From contig OZ024741.1 of NCBI GenBank assembly GCA_964016885.1, positions 355,694,001 through 355,758,000 on the forward strand: DNA of 64,000 bases, read 5' to 3'. Under the pieces are notes generated by a model. It ran no database searches. It worked only from the letters and a program-made list of their open reading frames with translations, and had not been told where the DNA came from. The DNA is from Eledone cirrhosa. Its lineage: Eukaryota. The position numbers were made by a program, and so were the translations under genes. The first letter of the stretch is position 1. Each line of letters begins with the position of its first letter. This document shows positions 57,336 through 64,000 of this stretch, piece after piece.

Positions 57336-60300
57336 AAAGTTATATTTAAAATTGTTGGGTTACAACTAGTAAATATTTATAACTGATATAAAAGCACTCG
57401 ACAAATATTTGGAGTATATTTACAATATTAAATAAATGGAAACTATATTTATAAAACCATATATATTTCATTATATATATTTCAGGGATATCATATTAAC
57501 AATATGCTATGCCTTCCTCAGACAAAATACAATATAAACAGTTTTATAGATAAATAGATTCGACATACCGTAACAACATCAACTTGCATTTGAAGAGGTT
57601 GATTTGGCAGTGAAAAAATTGTACACAGAGAGAAAGAAAGAGAGAAAAAAGAAAGAAAGATAGAAAACGAAGAAAAGGAAGAAAAGAAGAAATGCATTGA
57701 ACAAAATAGAGAGATGGAAAGATAGATAAAGAGAAGAACTTCATGTAAAGAAACAGAAAGATATATATATATATAGAGAGAGAGGAAATAGAGATAGATA
57801 CATATATATATAGAAAATTAGGTAGTGGGAGGTCTGTTGAGTAAATGTATCAATGATACATTTATTTATTTATTTATTTATTTAGCTCTAGTATTAATGT
57901 AAGGGAGATATATATATAGAGAAAAAAAATATATATAGAGAAAAAATATAGCGAGAGAAAAAATAAAAAAATAACCAGATATATGCGAGGCGTAAAAACC
58001 CTATGTTTTAACGTAGAGATATTAGTATTTATAAAACATCCACTATATTGTAAATATCAGTATTCCTGAATGAGACAAGTATCCATAGTGTGTGAAAATT
58101 AATGATCTTATGTTTAGTTTTTTAAAAAAATTCATATGTTTATGTGATAGCTACAAACATCCATGTGAATCTACATGATCAACTCTGCAAACCCTAAGTT
58201 CACGGAAAACATTCTCAATGTGGTATAAAAATTTGAGTATACATATATGTGTATTATTATTCCTGTCTTTACTCTACAAGATTATCTATCAAGCAGAAAT
58301 AGAGAGCAGATTTCAATATACTAATAAAAATATATATCAGAAACAAAACTAAAAAATAACAATAATAATAATAAGTAATAATAAAATAGAAAACTAAAAA
58401 AATATTACGAAAGAATATTACATATTAAAAATATTACATATTAAAAAATTTACATATTAAAAATATTAAAAATAAAAATATTAGAAAATACTACAATAAT
58501 TAAAAAAAAAAAAAAAAAAAAAAATAATAAAAAAAATAAATAATAAATAAAAATAAAAAATAAACCACAAAGATCAACCCTTCAAAATTAATTGACAATA
58601 TATTGCCAAGTTCATTATAAGCATCAGAGTCGAAAAACAGATAAAGCCAAAAATTATCTATCAAATCACATCTAGCAAAGATCATTTCAAAAAGTTTAGG
58701 ATGCCCAATTTGGTCTACATGTGTTCTTATATTTAATATAGAAGTTTATCTAGTGTAACGTTTATTCGAAATATTTGGAGCATCAGCTTTTAGGGTAGCT
58801 TAATTTTTCATGAGGAATGTTTAAATAAAAATAAAAATAAAAATAAAAATAAAAAATAAAAAAATAAAAAAAGAATAAAAAGAAGGAATCAAAGATTTAT
58901 CGGCTAGTTTCCCATATAAATATAAATCAAACTAAATATACTACATTTTAAATTTAAATTTATATTTAAACGTTGAGTTTAATCTATGTTTGCAACAACT
59001 GAATAAATTTGTCAATAGACATACAATAAAATTAACCTACTCATCCACCAAAAATTTAGCACAAAATATTAATAGAATAAATAATAGGAACTTAAAACCT
59101 AGTGATAATAGCATAAATAATATACAAGTTAACAAATGTAACTGTAGAGATAGATCTAAATGTCCGTTAAATAACAACTGCTTACTTAAAAATATAGTAT
59201 ACAATTGTAATGTTAATACTGACTCTAATTCTTTTAACTACGTCGGTTCCACATCGACGGAATTTAAACTTCGCTATAATAACCACAAGAATTCTTTCAC
59301 AGATCCAAGCAAAAAATCTTCAACGGCACTATCAGGCGTACTCTGGCAACTTAAGCTAGATAACGTTAGATATTCGACGGCTTGGAATATAGTCTCAAGA
59401 GGGATTCCTTTTAATTCATCCTCTGAGACATGTGACCTCTGCGCAGAGGAGATATTCTTTATACTAAAATCTAAAAATTCCCTTAATCTACGGACAAATT
59501 TATTCAGTTGTTGCAAACATAGATTAAACTCAACGTTTAAATATAAATTTAAATTTAAAATGTAGTATATTTAGTTTGATTTATATTTATATGGGAAACT
59601 AGCCGATAAATCTTTGATTCCTTCTTTTTATTCTTTTTTTCTTTTTTTATTTTTTATTTTTATTTTTATTTAAACATTCCTCATGAAAAATTAAGCTACC
59701 CTAAAAGCTGATGCTCCAAATATTTCGAATAAACGTTACACTAGATAAACTTCTATATTAAATATAAGAACACATGTAGACCAAATTGGGCATCCTAAAC
59801 TTTTTGAAATGATCTTTGCTAGATGTGATTTGATAGATAATTTTTGGCTTTATCTGTTTTTCGACTCTGATGCTTATAATGAACTTGGCAATATATTGTC
59901 AATTAATTTTGAAGGGTTGATCTTTGTGGTTTATTTTTTATTTTTATTTATTATTTATTTTTTTATTATTTTTTTATTTTTTATTATTGTAGTATTTTCT
60001 AATATTTTTATTTTTAATATTTTTAATATGTAAATTTTTTAATATGTAATATTTTTAATATGTAATATTCTTTCGTAATATTTTTTTAGTTTTCTATTTT
60101 ATTATTACTTATTATTATTATTGTTTTTTTTTAGTTTTGTTTCTGATATATATTTTTATTAGTATATTGATATCTGCTCTCTATTTCTGCTTGATAGATA
60201 ATCTTGTAGAGTAAAGACAGGAATAATAATACACATATATGTATACTCAAATTTTTATACCACATTGAGAATGTTTTCCGTGAACCTAGGGTTTGCAGAG

Positions 60301-61055
60301 TTGATCATGTAGATTCACATGGATGTTTGTAGCTATCACATAAACATATGAATTTTTAAAAAAAACTAAACATAAGATCATTAATTTTCACACACTATGG
60401 ATACTTGTCTCATTCAGGAATACTGATATTTACAATATAGTGGATGTTTCATAAATACTAATATCTCTACGTTAAAACATAGGGTTTTTACGCCTCGCAT
60501 ATATCTGGTTATTTTTAAATTTTTTCTCTCGCTATATTTTTTCTCTCTCTATATTTTTTTTCTCTCTCTATATATCTCCCTTACATTAATACTAGAGCTA
60601 AATAAATAAATAAATAAATGTATCATTGATACATTTACTCAACAGACCTCCCACTACCTAATTTTCTATATATATATATGTATCTATCTCTATTTCCTCT
60701 CTCTCTATATATATATATCTCATTCTGTTTCTTTACATGAAGTTCTTCTCTTTATCTATCTTTCCATCTCTCTATTTTGTTCAATGCATTTCTTCTTTTT
60801 CTTCCTTTTCTTCGTTTTCTGTCTTTCTTTCTTTTTTCTCTCTTTCTTTCTCTCTGTGTACAATTTTTTCACTGCCAAATCAACCTCTTCAAATGCAAGT
60901 CGATGTTGTTACGGTATGTCGAATCTATTTATCTATAAAACTGTTTATATTGTATTTTGTCTGAGGAAGGCATAGCATATTGTTAATATGATATCCCTGA
61001 AATATATATAATGAAATAGATATGGTTTCATAAATATAGTTTCCATTTTTTTAAT

Positions 61056-61060
<5 letters not shown>
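57332..61060. mobile_element. 5'-truncated Naiad PLE C with long inverted arm (minus 57332-59013, plus 59011-61060)
   Basis: GIY-YIG ORF 59011-59565 (CNCRDRSKCPLNNNC, IVY..YVG, FKLR, CDLC). 57421-59013 is the reverse complement of ~59492-61060. TA tracts at both ends. Confidence 0.9.
60953..61018 (+). ncRNA. Type I hammerhead ribozyme (PLE C); copy at 57464-57529 (-), relative at 21017-21081 (-)
   Basis: tattttgt-CUGAGGA-agg..catatt/aatatg..cct-GAAA-tatata-UA-atgaaata. Confidence 0.75.
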
Positions 61061-61112
<52 letters not shown>

Positions 61113-61697
61113 GTATGTGTGTATGTATATGTATGTATATAAATATATTTATATATACGTATGTGTGTTTTTATGCGTGTATATGTGTATGTGTATGTGT
61201 ATTTATGGTTGCGCGTGAGTGTGTGAGTGAGTATGTTTTTTTGTGAATGTGTCTGTTGATTTTTGGCATATAGTTGATTAGTTTAAGAGAAGTTCGAAGA
61301 TAATTGTAAGATATGCACTCAGTATTTTGAATCTGTCTACAGAATTCTCTAAACCTTTGTCACTTAGTAGAAACTTAATGATTTTAGCTTTTAAAGAATC
61401 TCCCTTTTCTTTAATTCTATCGACCATGACTGACCCCCCACTGATCTTATAGACATCTGTTAGCTTAAGAGAAACTTAATGACAAGGAATGGTATGCCAT
61501 CCGGAACCTGTTTATAGAATTCTGTCTGCCCTTGTTACTCTAAAAACATAAATAAATAAAAATAAACTATAGCTTTGTAGAATTAGCTTTTAATGAATTC
61601 CCTTTTCTATCAACCAATGACCTACACCCATCCCACTCCCCACCCTCTCCTACCACTTGTAGAGACCTATAAATACCATTTTTATTTTTTGATACCC

Positions 61698-61748
61698 AGA
61701 TTCCTGATGATTTCTAAAGAATGAAACAGTTCTAGTCCTGTAGAATCT
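61698..61748 (+). ncRNA. Type I hammerhead ribozyme in a probable PLE 3' end (~61260-61831)
   Basis: agattc-CUGAUGA-t-ttc-taaa-gaa-t-GAAACAG-loop-CUGUA-gaatct. Stems I and III pair fully; the element ends in (TA)n. Confidence 0.75.
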
Positions 61749-62034
61749 CATCTATATTAAAACTTTTATACTCTGCTTTGTATTGAGTACCTTACTTACT
61801 GTGGTTACCTCCGAATCAACCCGGAATAACGTATATATATATATATATATATACTGTATATATATATTGCTAACTGTATATAGAAGTGCTTTCTCTCTAT
61901 TTCTTTCACTTTTCACTCTTGTTTTATTTATCTTTATTTTTCTCATTCTATCTGATGAAAAACTAACGTCAGAAATGTTAAAACTTTTTTCCTATTATTT
62001 TTTCAAGCATTAAACTAATACATATCTTCACTGT

Positions 62035-63447
62035 ATGTATCGTTTTGCTGCAGCCTCAAACATACCAAGATTATTCTTTGATATATTGGAAAAAAACCTA
62101 CCCCTAAATCACAAATATTATAGATTAATAAATGAGAATATACTGAAATTATCTTTTTCAACTACACGAAACGTAGCAGATTTATGCCGGGTATTCAATA
62201 ACAATAGGAAAATTTATAAACATAAATTTGAACAAGAAATAAACTACAATATGCAAACCCTCCCTCCTATAACACACTTAGGCTGTCTAGAATAGATAAT
62301 TCTATATCTAACTACAATATTTAATTGAAATTGAAGAGTCCCCAGCTCTTGCCCACTTAGAAATAATGTTATATACTCGTGTTAATTCTCGACATTTAAT
62401 AACACTTACAATTACAGAGGAGCAACTGCAAATAACTCTAAGACACATTTTTATTCGCATTTACATTCTTTTAAGAATGAACCCCCCCCCCCCAAACTCT
62501 ATAGCCTTAGCTAAATTAATCCAGCGTCTGTAAAACGGTACCACGTGGCATATTGTTAATTCTGCAAAACCTTATAGAGGAAGTAGAAGTAAATGCAATG
62601 TTTGTCTGACTGAAGCGTTAGAAATAATTACTTCAAAAATTAATCTTCTCAATTCGAAAAATGAAATCATCCCTTCCTGTCGACATAGAACATTTTCTTC
62701 CTTTCTCAAAAACTTCCACCCAGATTAATTCTACCCATAACACTTAGAAAATGTGTATCATATAACATTTATAGCCTTCCATTATGTTAAACTATCTTGT
62801 AAAATTCATTTCTGGTACCCCATTTTTTTTACTACTAGTGTTTAAGGAACTCTAACTTTTAATTCACACACACACACACACAAGTTCAACAAGTTTTCCT
62901 TTTGCTCTCCTATTTATCATATAATTGTAACCCCACCTAGGTTCCCGCCTTATTGTAAAAACAGATTATCTCCTCTGTGCTGCTATAATTTAGTCAGTGA
63001 AATTTCTTGAGTCACTAAACATTTATCTTGATTATATATGTATTTATTTACTGTTGTATGCTTCCATACATTTTTATTATATTCTAAAAGTATTTTTTTC
63101 ATAACTTCACTTACGAAGTCCTAACACACTTTATAATTCTCATTAATATAACTCTAGCTCTATTTTAGTGTATGTTATCCTTTTCGTAACGATATATTAC
63201 AGTCAGTGAAATATCTATAGTTACTAAACGTAAACATTTTATCATTTATAAATTTTAACGTCTTCCCTATTAAATTTAAACGTTATATCGCTTGTTTCTC
63301 CTTCCTGCTATATTTAATTCATATAAGTTAAATTATTTGTATTTAATCGACTCTGATAAGTTATTATTACAGGAATGAACTCTTCATTATTGTTAGCCTA
63401 GCAAAACGTTCGTAAGTCCATTAAATGTTTTAATAATAATCCTTGTC
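62035..63447 (+). mobile_element. Degenerate Naiad-type PLE 3' half (element E)
   Basis: FFDILEKNLPLNHKYYRLINENILKLSFSTT is homologous to the A and B linkers. Broken GIY-YIG follows (YRGAT, CNVCLTE, LLNSKNE..SCRH). Decayed hammerhead at ~63349-63418. Confidence 0.75.
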
Positions 63448-63528
63448 TAAATTTTTGTTTTATATATAGATACAAACAATGACATGCACGCACAAATACA
63501 CACACGCATACACACATACATACACACG

Positions 63529-63670
<142 letters not shown>

Positions 63671-63955
63671 ATACATACATATATACATACATACATATCG
63701 TATCAGCAAAATACTATGCACACAAGAAAGCAGTTACATAAGACGTACAGACAACTGCATCTCTAGATCTCTTCAGCCATCTTCTGGAGTGCATTTTCGC
63801 ACCGCCCGTCCCCTCAATCTATCTTATTTCTCATTCTTTCTTCTGATGAAGGACTAGCGTCCAAAACGTTAAGACCCTCTTCCTGCTATATCAAGAGTTA
63901 ACCTAATATATCCCTTCCATATACTATACTGATTGTGTTGTTATTTCTGTTTACC

Positions 63956-64000
<45 letters not shown>

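Overview
AT-rich, microsatellite-laden animal genomic DNA; the repeat content suggests a cephalopod mollusc, probably Octopus (inference). Host genes, both on the minus strand: (1) the last seven coding exons of an SLC22/MFS organic-ion transporter (39357 to 16812), which splice in frame with GT-AG boundaries; its 5' exons were not found in the window; (2) a single-exon ORF for an unrecognised four-TM protein (11942-12847). Most of the rest is retroelement-derived: tRNA-derived SINEs, a 5'-truncated Tx1/L1-like LINE, RTE and R4/Dong fragments, and many Penelope-like elements (PLEs; RT + GIY-YIG) of Naiad and Neptune type sitting in (TA)n tracts. The main signal is the PLE cluster at 39.6-63.5 kb. 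It includes one apparently intact Naiad (51690-53855) and a 9.6-kb head-to-head fold-back of two catalytically altered (YRGD) copies. It also holds a varied set of hand-folded hammerhead ribozymes, one with a U3-A8 core and one with a ~105-nt stem II. One element arm starts within 1 nt of its predicted ribozyme cleavage site, and fold-backs from ~0.14 to 9.6 kb recur through the window. All structures were read by eye; no searches were run.
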